Source: the human T2T-CHM13v2.0 reference genome, Homo sapiens. From it: a stretch of DNA of 64,000 nucleotides. The position numbers and the translations under genes are program-made. The stretch's first letter is position 1; each line of letters begins with the position of its first letter. Positions 53,386 to 64,000 of the stretch are shown here, piece by piece. The stretch lies in NCBI RefSeq assembly GCF_009914755.1, contig NC_060934.1; one strand, given 5' to 3'. The notes under the pieces are model-generated. The model saw nothing but the letters and a program-made list of their open reading frames with translations, was not told the origin of the DNA and ran no database searches.

Positions 53386-53899
53386 CTGAGGGTTTCTCCC
53401 GTTTTTAGACCATATAACAGTAACTTTGTGGTGTTGCCATGGCATTTGTAAGTTGTTGTGGTGCTGGTGGGAGTGTCTTGTAGCATGCTAATGTATTCTA
53501 ATTAGTGTAAAATGAGCAGTGAAGAAGACCAGAGGTAACTTTTATGGCCGTCTTGGTTTTGGTGGGTTTTAGCTTCTTTACCACAACTTGTTTTTCCAGT
53601 AAGGTCTTCATGACCTGTCTCTCGTGCCGACCTCCTATCTCATCCTGTGACTTAGAACGCCTAACCTCCTGGGAAAGCAGCCCAGTAGGTCTCGCCTTGT
53701 TTTACCTAGCCCCTATTCAAGATGGAGTCCCTCTGGTTCAAACACCTCTGACACAACAAGCAGCTGATATAACTATGTAGTTATTGAATAAGTCCCAAAT
53801 AGTTTCATATTATTAATATGAACATAATAATAGGAATAAATCCTAAATTGTTCCTCTACTTAGCAAGAACAAAAGAGAAAGTCCTACTCTCTTTCAAAG

Positions 53900-54950
53900 A
53901 GAAGATAAACAGTCAACATAAAGCAGAAAACATGGAACATTTTCACAGTTCTCAACCAAAACAATAGAAGCTGGGAGATGATAGAAATGTACCTTCAAGG
54001 CCCTGAAGGAAATTGATCCCTAACCTGGAATTCTATGCTCAGCCCAACTATTAATTAAGAATGCGATTAGAATAAACATATATTTAGACATACAAGCTCT
54101 CAGTAGTTACCCCCAAAGAATCTTTCCTTGGTAAGTTCTGAAGGGTGTAGTTCTCCAAAAGAAGGATGCATGGATCAAAAACAGAGTTCCAACACCACAT
54201 GGGAGTAGGGAATCTCCAGAGGCCGGTGATGGAGATGGAAGGTTGACAGGAGCCAGGTGCTGACCATGTCCAGCATATTCTGGGGCAGGTGGGAAGGTTC
54301 CAGGGGCGTCCTTCACAGCCACCACACAGATGAGACGCATGAACCAGATGACTTGATGGATCTGCAACAAAGAAAGGGAGATGTGGACAAGCGACAGAAA
54401 GTTTCGGTTAAACTATGAGGTCCGAATACTGCCTGGGCTCTGTCTGGTTTCCTGGGTATTCCCAGTGTTTAGCACAACTGCTAACGCAAGCAGTTGATAT
54501 GACTACATATTTATTGAATGAGTCCTAAATAGTTTCATAGTGTTAATATGAACATAATAATAGGAATAAATCATAATTTGTTCCTATACTTACTAGGAAC
54601 AAAGAGAAAACTATAAATATAGTCAAGAAATCAAGAAGAAGATAACAATGACAGGGATCATAATAATAAAATGCTCGGGTAGTGTTTGTATAGCCACAAC
54701 AATGGAACACACACTATTGACGCAACCAACATTAGCCATGCAGGAGGAAGGAGGAAGGTTCGGGAGCTTTTGTGTGGTTGAACACTGGGGTTCAAGAGAG
54801 CTAATGCTCATTTTCCAGGCTGGCTAGCTCACAGATCCTGCCTAAATCTGAAAAAATAAAAAAGTAGGAATACAAGTATTTTAATCAGAAAGAATGGAAG
54901 CAAATACACAAAAGAATGCCAGAAAAACCTGGAAATTGCCTGCTCTGAGA
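53900..54950 (+). mobile_element. Ancient HAL1/L1M-like fragment, interrupted at 54416-54610
   Basis: aacaatagaagctgggagatgatagaaatgtaccttcaaggccctgaaggaaa...acctggaattctatgctcagcccaacta resembles an L1 ORF1 3' region. Confidence 0.5.
54416..54610 (+). repeat. Second copy of a ~200 bp local duplication (first copy 52741-52809 + 53754-53880)
   Basis: Shared gtttcctgggtattcccag..tttagcaca and ttaatatgaacataataataggaataaatc. Confidence 0.9.
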
Positions 54951-55121
54951 TATAGAGGGAGAATGTTGAGACACTGCTGTTTTCCTAATAAACTTTGTAG
55001 AAATATTTGCATTTGGAACCATGAGCAGGTTATACAGATATATATCAATCAACATCAGGAAACTAACAGAACATTGATGCCGTACGGACAGCTCTGAAAA
55101 CAAGGCACAGTCATATCAATC

Positions 55122-55635
55122 ACACTGGTTCCTCATCCGCAGTTTTGCTTTCTGTAGTTTCAGTTACCCGAGGCCAACTGAGGGCTCAAAGCATTCAAGG
55201 AAAAATTGCAGAAATAAGCAGTTCATAAGTTTGAAATTGCGCGGCGTTCTGAGTTGCTCTGTCTTGCCCGGGATGTGAACCATCCCTTTATCCAGTGCAT
55301 CCACACTGTCTATGCCACCTGCCTGTTATTCCCTTAGGAGCCACTTCAGTTATCAGATCGACTGTCGTGATATCACAGTGCTTGTCTTCAAGTCACCCTA
55401 TTTTACGTAATAATGGCCCAAAGTGCAAGAGTGACGACACCGGCATACTGTTGTAATTGTGCTGTTGTTGGTAGCGACTGTTGCGGGTCTCTTACTGTGC
55501 TTAATTTATTGAATTATCATACATAGCTATGTGCGGTATAGAAAAAACGTTCTATTTAGTGGTCAGTATGATTCGTGATGTCGGGCATGTGCTGAGGGTC
55601 TAGGAGTGAATCTCTCTTGGATAAGGGGGCACTGA
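55122..55635 (+). mobile_element. MER44B (Tigger7 family) DNA transposon
   Basis: ttttgctttctgtagtttcagttacccg...gttatcagatcgactgtcg...ataatggcccaaagtgcaagagt...ggataaggggg. Confidence 0.85.
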
Positions 55636-56454
55636 AGTCATGCACTGTGGGGCCCTTGCCCCCTGCCCCTGCTGCAAGTCCTGGGCACACCCCTCGAAAA
55701 TACTGAATGTTTTTTTTCCCTCTCTCATCATCAATCTCCTAAGAAACAAAAAGTATTTTCCTTATAAAAGAAAACTTATTTTCTAGAATGAAGAGTGTTG
55801 TCAGACTCCTAAAAAAGGTTAAGAAGAAGGCTGAGAATGTTCGCCATACGCAGGTATGCCAGGCATATGCACATTTTGTAGCTAAGCTGTATTGCAATAA
55901 AAAGTTTATGTAAAAAAATACTTAGAGGATACGTTATCCTGGTATGAACTATTAGCACTTTCTGTTACAAGACAAAATTCTCCCTGAGGCATGAACAACT
56001 CAAAAGACTGAATTATTTCAGGGACCACCCTAATTCATACTTGAAGCTCAGGCATAGATACAAATAACCTCAAAAAATACGTTTATACTAAATGGTTTCT
56101 CTATTAGATTTACCTGTTCCTTCAAGTTGCCTGTCCACAATAAGGCATCTGTGTAAATCTGAAGTTACTCTGGAAATACTGCACCCTGCTGAGAGTGAGT
56201 ATTCACGAGGTGTGGGAGAACAGGCTCCCAGCTTGAGGTCTGTGTCCTATTTAATCACCCTGCTTCAGATGTGATTAAAAAGAAATCCAAATATAGTTGC
56301 TGCTGAGCTCAGCCAAGAAGAAAGGCTCAAGGAAGAAGTCCTTAGAAAACATACTGGTGAAATTATTTGCGCGAATGCAGCCGTGTGGTGCAGTTTCCAT
56401 TGTAACGTGGTGGTCAACCCTTGAAATTAAAACCTGCCTTTGGTGTTCACCTCA

Positions 56455-56920
56455 CATATACACACATGCACACACACGCACACACACAGGTGCATGCATG
56501 CATGCCATGCAGACACATGCACACACATACACACACCTCAATGTGCACACACACACACGCGCACACACATACCCATGTGTGCCCACCACACACATACCAC
56601 GTGTGCCCACCACACACAGACACATGCATGCATGCCATGCAGACACATGCACACACATACACACACCTGAATGTGCACACACACACACGCGCACACACAT
56701 ACCCATGTGTGCCCACCACACACATACGTGTGCCCACCACACACAGACACATGCATGCATGCCATGCAGACACATGGACACACATACACACACCTGAATG
56801 CACTCACACACAGACATGCACACACGTGTGCCCGCCACACACACATGCACACACTCAAGCTCACATGCACACCTCACCCCCACACACATACATGTGTGAA
56901 CATGCATGCACACACGCACC
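56455..56920. repeat. CA-rich compound repeat with 127-130 bp higher-order units
   Basis: Near-identical units start at 56493, 56623 and 56750. Confidence 0.92.
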
Positions 56921-58254
56921 AAGTATCCACTGAGGAAACCTGCGCAATACCAGATCTGGAAAGAGAAGTGTCACTCACAACCAATATCAGAATCGTGATC
57001 CTCGGTGCACATGAGTCCAGGAGGAACCAGGCCTGACAAGTTACCGTGGGATTCACACTGGATCTTCATAAAAACTGTCTCCAGAATGAAACTAAGCCAA
57101 GGCATCCGAGTCATCCATCTTCTGTACCCTCTCTGATTATTTTGTTTGATGCAACTTACCACTTCATGTGATAATTTCTGTGGATGCCTACACATAAATA
57201 TTTTTTATGTAAGTCAAATTTTATTATACATCGTACATTTCTACAATTGTAGTACCCCAAATCAATGCACTGAAACCACAGCTTGTACTTGAAGTAAATA
57301 AAAGAGCAGTGTGACAGAGAAATGGGACCTTTTTAAGGTTTTCTAATATAGTTTTTCTAAATTTTACAAACTAACCTTTTTCCATTTTCTGTTTTATCCA
57401 AACCCATCCTGCCCCTAAATTAATTATACCATTTTACACACATACACACACACACACACACTAGATTTTTTTTTCCTTCCAAATTAATGACTATGACTTT
57501 TTGAATCCTCCCCTCCACTCCCCACGGGACCCTTGCCCCCCCACTCGCACACAGGTCCTCGGTATCTTTGGTCCTCTCCTCTGCTCATGTGTTTTCCCTT
57601 TTATCCCACAGCATAATTTGTTTTCTTATTGTTAATTTTATTAATTTATAATATTAGGAAAAAGCACAAAACTAATACAAATAAGAAACTTACAAAATTA
57701 TTAATAATTTTAAAATCCCAGAAAACGAATAGAAATAGAAGTTGAAATTTGTGACTTGCTACATTCTAGGCACTGCGCTGTGGGTTTTGTTAAAGCTAAC
57801 TTTAGTTAAGCTTTGCATTAGTCTTTCAAGGTGGGGAAGATGACCCATGTTCTACAAAGGAAAAGCTGCTATTTAATTATCAGTCTACTGCCCTGATGCT
57901 TCCTTTTCTAGAAACTGTTGTAAAGAGTACAACTATATCCCATTGCCCTCTCTCCTCACCCTTCATTCACTCCTTGGTCCCCACCATTCTACCGAATGGA
58001 CCTTCACTGTCTATGTACTAATCTTCAGTTCAATAACCTTCTCTTTAGGTACCATCCCCGCCTCCTCCTATTTTGAATGGAATCCCCTTTCACCCTCTTG
58101 AAAGCCTCCATTCCTTCTTCTCTTCTCCACTTTCTTTTGGTTTTCCCTTTTCTCTGATCTTTCCTCTCCCTCCCAACTTGAGTCTTCTGTCTGCTTCCTA
58201 AAAGCATGCATTTGCCAAGGTACTTTCTTTCTCTTCTCGTTTTCAATCATTTCT

Positions 58255-58800
58255 GAACATTCTCAATAACTCCAACTGAGAATCATCTACACTGCGGGCC
58301 CTAAGGGCTCTCCTGAAATTCAGACCCTATTCTTATCTGCCTGCAAGATTTGGCCAAATGGAGGTGGTGTAGGCACATCAAATTTCACATGTGCGAAGCT
58401 TCCCTTCCAGTTGGTTTTAACAATGCATTGCCTGATGTGGTCAATAACATCACCAACTACCAAGCAGCCAAGGTAGAAATCTCCAAGTGATCACGTGTAT
58501 TTCCTCTTTTGCCAAATAGCCCAGTCACAATGCATCCTGCGGTACTGTTCGTCGGTTCATTCTGCCATCCCTATTCCACTGTCCTTATTCTAATTCGAGC
58601 CTTCAACACGTCCTCAAACTCCCCCAAATCAGCTCTGAACCTCATTTTCCCATCGAAGTTAACTGTTGTGCCACCAGCAAAGGTCTCTTTATCTCATTCC
58701 CCTTTTTGAAAACTTCCTATGTGTCACCTTGATTTCCAGAATAAGATTAAACTGTCCTAATTAGTCATTCAAGATTCCCTTCACTCAGCTCAAAGTCCAG
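58255..58800 (+). mobile_element. L2 fragment
   Basis: ctctcctgaaattcagaccc..ttatctgcctgcaaga..aggcacatcaaatttcacatgtg..caataacatcaccaactacc. Confidence 0.6.
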
Positions 58801-59021
58801 ATTTTTACCCATTTTTTTTTGTATAATAACTCCTGCCTTATTTTCTAACCCTATTGTGTAGTTAAAATAGGCTGGCCATTGTTTTAGTATCTTATTAGTT
58901 TTCCTTGCCTAGAGTATACTCAATTGGGTATAGATGGGGTTGTGAGAAATTTCATCACAAATAATGATTTAACTCTGAAGCTAAACAATTTGCAGGTATC
59001 TATCTATCTGTTTATCTATCC

Positions 59022-59048
59022 AGAGAGAGAGAGAGAGAGAGAGAGAGA
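59022..59048. repeat. (GA)n microsatellite
   Basis: Direct inspection. Confidence 0.95.
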
Positions 59049-59639
59049 CAATCACCTAATCACAACCATTCAGTAAAAACAGATGTATGATTTTTTTTTC
59101 TTACTAATACACACAAAAATAACCCTGGTAGATTTTAGATTTTCTAGGTGAAAGAAAAAAATTCAATACATCATTTTTGGTCTTTATGCTTGTTTTGTTG
59201 TGCTTTTTGATAAATTTTACAGATGCCTATTTATTTTGAAATGGATGGTCAATAATCACCACAACCACCCATTTTCATTTCTCTCTCTTTACAAACAAAT
59301 GCAGTCCTTTGTTGGGGGTGAGTGGGCACCATTCTAGCCACTTGTTATTAGAGTCATCAAGCACGCTCTCCTAGGACAGTTTAAAAATACATGCAAAACA
59401 TCAGTAAGGTTATGGAATAAAGTCTATCCTCATCAACCTGTTCTAATGTCACCATTCACCTCCTGGGGGACACCTTGTAAGAGCCAACAGACCTCATGAC
59501 CCCCTTAGGGTCAAGGGTTCAATATCTAAGTTACCTGAAGTTCAACAAAAATTGCTTCCCTAAAATAGGGACTTTTATCTGAATCAAAACCACGTATGAG
59601 AACAAGTATAGGTGTAGCATATAGGTAGAAAGTATCTAT

Positions 59640-59873
59640 GTGTTTTGCAAGACTTTTCTCCTCATTAAGAACACAGCAAAGCCTGCTTGTTCAGATGCTT
59701 CTCTGTGTCTCTGTGTTGTCAGAAGTAAGGATGTTCCCTTTCTCCAGATCTTACGGAGAAAGCTCTGCTTCAGGGAGAAGGGCAAGACGAGGTTGGAGAG
59801 TGACCTTCTTGCTTCTGCTGTTTTCTCCAATGCCAAGGTGCCATATTTGGGGTAGCCTGTCCTGAACGCATCA
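59640..59873 (-). mobile_element. ERV1 LTR fragment (MER34/MER39 group)
   Basis: cttcagggagaagggc...gcttctgctgttttctccaatgccaaggtgccatatttggggtagcctgtcctgaac. Confidence 0.65.
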
Positions 59874-60306
59874 CTGCCTGACTCCCTCTGACCCTTGGTG
59901 TTGGCATTAGGCTGCATTGCATGTAAGTTATGCAGAGCAGTTGGCCTGAGATTTGATCAGTGTAATGTTGATCTTGTGGAGATGACCAAGGCATGGAGGT
60001 CATCCCATACACAAGCACTTGGGAAATGGTGAAGAACCTGCCACAGGAAGTGGAACGCAGGCAGTGCCGACAGTGACTCTTTGCTGAGGGTGGGGAGGAA
60101 GGACCAACGCAAAGTGTGAGACTGCAATGGTCCAGCAACTGAAGCAGAGTCATCAAGGCCCAGGCAGAGCCAGGCCACCAGGAGGCAAGGCAGAGCCCGG
60201 TATGGCATCCCTGGAGCAGCATCAGAGTGGGCCTGGCACCAGGGGATCGTGCATTCCCACTGGCCACAGGTGCTTTCTGTTGCAATTACCTCTGACTGGT
60301 ATGTGC

Positions 60307-60634
60307 TGAGTCTACAGGTGAGCTCTGAGTCTACGGGTGAGCTGAGTCTATAGGTGAGCTCTGAGTCTACAAGTGAGCTCTGAGACTACAGGTGAACTGT
60401 GAGTCTACAGGTGAGCTGTGAGTCTACAGGTGAGCTTTGAGTCTATAGCTGAGCTCTGAGTCTACAGGTGAACTCTGAGTCTACAGGTGAGCTCTGAGTC
60501 TATAGGTGAGTTCTGAGTCTGTAGGTGAGCTGTGAGTCTACAGGTGAGCTCTGAGTCTACAGGTGAGCTGTGAATCTACAGGTGAGCTCTGAGTCTACAG
60601 GTGAGCTGTGAGTCTATAGGTGAGCTCTGAGTCT
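60307..60634 (+). repeat. 19-bp minisatellite, ~17.3 copies of TGAGTCTACAGGTGAGCT(C/G)
   Basis: 17 units counted (one of 17 nt) plus a 7-nt partial unit. Confidence 0.97.
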
Positions 60635-61400
60635 CTAATTTTAATCTACTCTGCGAAAGACACTGGCTGTGAGCACAGGACACCAAATAGGTGGTTGTAG
60701 CGTGGCTATTCTTCGGTAAGCTTTGCTTGCTGCTTTCTTGGCTCACATTTTTTCCAAAGTAGGGTAAATATTAAATAATAATACAATGTAATATTATAAT
60801 GTAATATATAATATATATTTAATAATATAATAATTAAAGACTTTGCTTTAAACCTCTTTCCTTTAACATTCTGGGCACCTGATGGCTATGTATGAATAAA
60901 TCTAAATGGTGACGGTGCCTACACAAAAACGTTCACACAGAAGAGGAGATAAGATCACGGGAAGATGAAAACAAGACTTGCTTCGATAAACGGCACTCCA
61001 GATACGGTTTGGCACTGTTAGATGACTCGGCTCCCCAGCCCCATCCAGACAGCTGCACGGGCTCCGGGGCAGTGAGCTCCGCTTTCCTCTGCAACATCGC
61101 TTCACCACAGCAGCGATGTTTTCAGGAAAGACTTGCAGAGAGATCTCTAGCTTTCATTTTCCAACATGAATTTATTTCCAGTTCCAACCTCAAAGTTTCC
61201 AAGTGAGGCTTTTATTAAGAATAATGGTATGTTGCCAGAAAAAGTAACCCTTGAATTATGAGGGAAATTTAAGAAAGGGGAATATAATTTTTCTTCCCTC
61301 TACTATTTATCCATCCAGTACTTCTCTACATTGTGGAAGAAGTCACATCTCCACCACAGACAGAAGGATTGCTCTGGGAAGAGCCCTGATCTAACTGTAA

Positions 61401-62443
<1,043 letters not shown>

Positions 62444-63131
62444 TGATCGCTTTTTCTTAAGACTATTGGTCATTCCTTTTTTTTTATTTTTCCTGCAGAC
62501 CTTATCATGATGCAGTGCTCCATCCTAAAATGCTCTCTCCCATACCTATGCAGCAAATGTTACGTTTTGATTATTTCCCTTTGCAGTGAATATTGCCAGA
62601 CCCTCAGAGATCATCTGCATGTTTGGCGGTGTGAGCAGAGGTTGCCACCACTGTTCTTTTTGCCCTAACTGTTCTGAGTCAGCTGATAGGAATTCTGATT
62701 CTATGCTCTTTTGCCAAGATGGGAAGCTGGTTTGGAAGACTTTTGGATCTATACATCCCAGAATATTTCTTCCCTATTTATGTATATCAGTCATTTTATT
62801 TCCTACTAAGAATTATTTGTATCATTCAGAGTTGCCAAGCACAGAACATAACTGTGAAATCCCAAGGTTTCTGGAAATTTTTCAGATAGGAAAGGGGGAC
62901 AAAATGAACCAGGCAGCCAAATTTCACTCTTTGCTCTTTGAAAAGCAAGAATGTTTCTGCCCTCTTTGCTTCTTTTTCCTCTCTTGCAGCCCTTTCTTCT
63001 ATCTCTAACCTGTTGATGTTTCATAGAGTATGATTTTTCTCTGATAAGCATACTCATGACCAGGGCACTGGTTGAAAGAGTAAGGTCTTAACAAACTGAG
63101 TCCTCCAATGCAGCACAGAAAGTTATCACAA

Positions 63132-63209
63132 ACACACACACACACACGTGCACATACACACATATACACATGTGTGTTTATGTGTATATATGTGTTTGTG
63201 TGTGTGTGT
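63132..63209. repeat. (CA)n-(TG)n imperfect palindrome
   Basis: CA-rich arm directly followed by a TG-rich arm, centre acaca|tgtgt. Confidence 0.85.
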
Positions 63210-63594
63210 ATAAGAGAGAAAAGGAGAGTGAGAGGTGAAGAACATGATTTAGCTGGAGTTGAATGTTCCTCTGGCAAAAGCAGAACTTAGTGAAGACTCT
63301 TTCTCTCCTATGCTTATTCAACTCTGGACTTCACTTAAACTGAAGAAATCATCATTAACTTAGTTTTTTATTCTCCACACACTGGCAAAGTCCTTAGTAA
63401 GTATCAGACACTGCCCAAGACCCAAGAGCTGCACCGCTGAATAAGCGAGGTCTCGAATCTGGTAGAACTTCCATTAGAGGGGAGAAAGATGAACAGCACA
63501 CACAAATAAAACCTTTCATAGCAGAAAGGGAGAGGCAGTGTGATGAAAACACCACAGAGTGATGGGACGATGAAGATTCCAAGGCTACGTTAGA

Positions 63595-64000
63595 TTATAT
63601 GGCTAGGAGGGGCCTCTCTGAGGAAGCCGCAGATAAGCCGAGATGTGGCTGACATGAGGAAACCAGCCGTGTGCAAAAATGGAATGAAGTCATTTAAGGA
63701 AGAACAAACACCTGCAACTGCCCTGAAACAGGAACAAGCTAGAGTTGTTTGAGATACATCAAGAAGCCCTGTGTGAATGGGGTAGGGTGGATGCTAAGCT
63801 AGCTGGCAGGTGGTGGTGAGGGGGCCCTTTAGGTCAGGGTAGGTAGAATTCCTTGAGAGGATACAGGAAGAGAGTGAAACCACCGGGTTAAGGTTTTCCA
63901 TAGCTCACCCCAGCTGCTGTATGGAGAACACAGAACAGAGAAGAAAGGCCGCATGGAAAGCCAGTGCCGTGGTGCAAGCATGATGCTGTGATGGAAAGAA
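63595..64000 (-). mobile_element. L2 fragment
   Basis: ggcctctctgaggaag...gaaaccagccgtgtgcaaa...tgcaactgccctgaaacaggaacaagct...gctcaccccagctgctgtatggagaa. Confidence 0.7.

Noticed and set aside
56297-57036. Overlapping 110-170 aa ORFs on both strands
   Set aside because: Same artefact from the CA-rich tandem repeat
59770-60285. 171-aa minus-strand ORF
   Set aside because: Runs into an ERV LTR fragment and has no recognisable homology
60307-60634. Regular repeat array resembling CRISPR
   Set aside because: Head-to-tail units with no unique spacers, no cas genes, and primate context

Overview
This is primate, most likely human, non-coding genomic DNA (intergenic or deep intronic). I cannot support any protein-coding gene, tRNA, rRNA or CRISPR array. 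Most ORFs in the supplied track come from Alu, L1 or simple-repeat sequence, and the rest are short and unrecognisable. The window is dominated by interspersed repeats: about 15 Alu/FLAM copies or fragments, one full-length but decayed ~6.2 kb L1 with its TSD, several L1 3' ends, MIR and L2 relics, MaLR/ERV LTRs (MLT1A/MST, MLT1B/C, MLT2, LTR33, MER41B) and DNA-transposon relics (MER102, Tigger3a, MER5, MER44B). The most notable items are: (1) a BC200 (BCYRN1) retropseudogene nested in an LTR33; (2) a MER41B LTR retaining one canonical and one degenerate STAT1 GAS motif, inserted into one copy of a ~200 bp local duplication; (3) a 19-bp minisatellite whose units carry AG|GTGAG splice-site and E-box motifs; (4) a CpG-rich unique region at 44.4-45.9 kb with candidate exons on both strands and a donor-sequestering hairpin; (5) several readable retrotransposition or recombination scars. 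I found no convincing new biological system. Repeat subfamily calls are from remembered consensus sequences and need RepeatMasker/Dfam confirmation.
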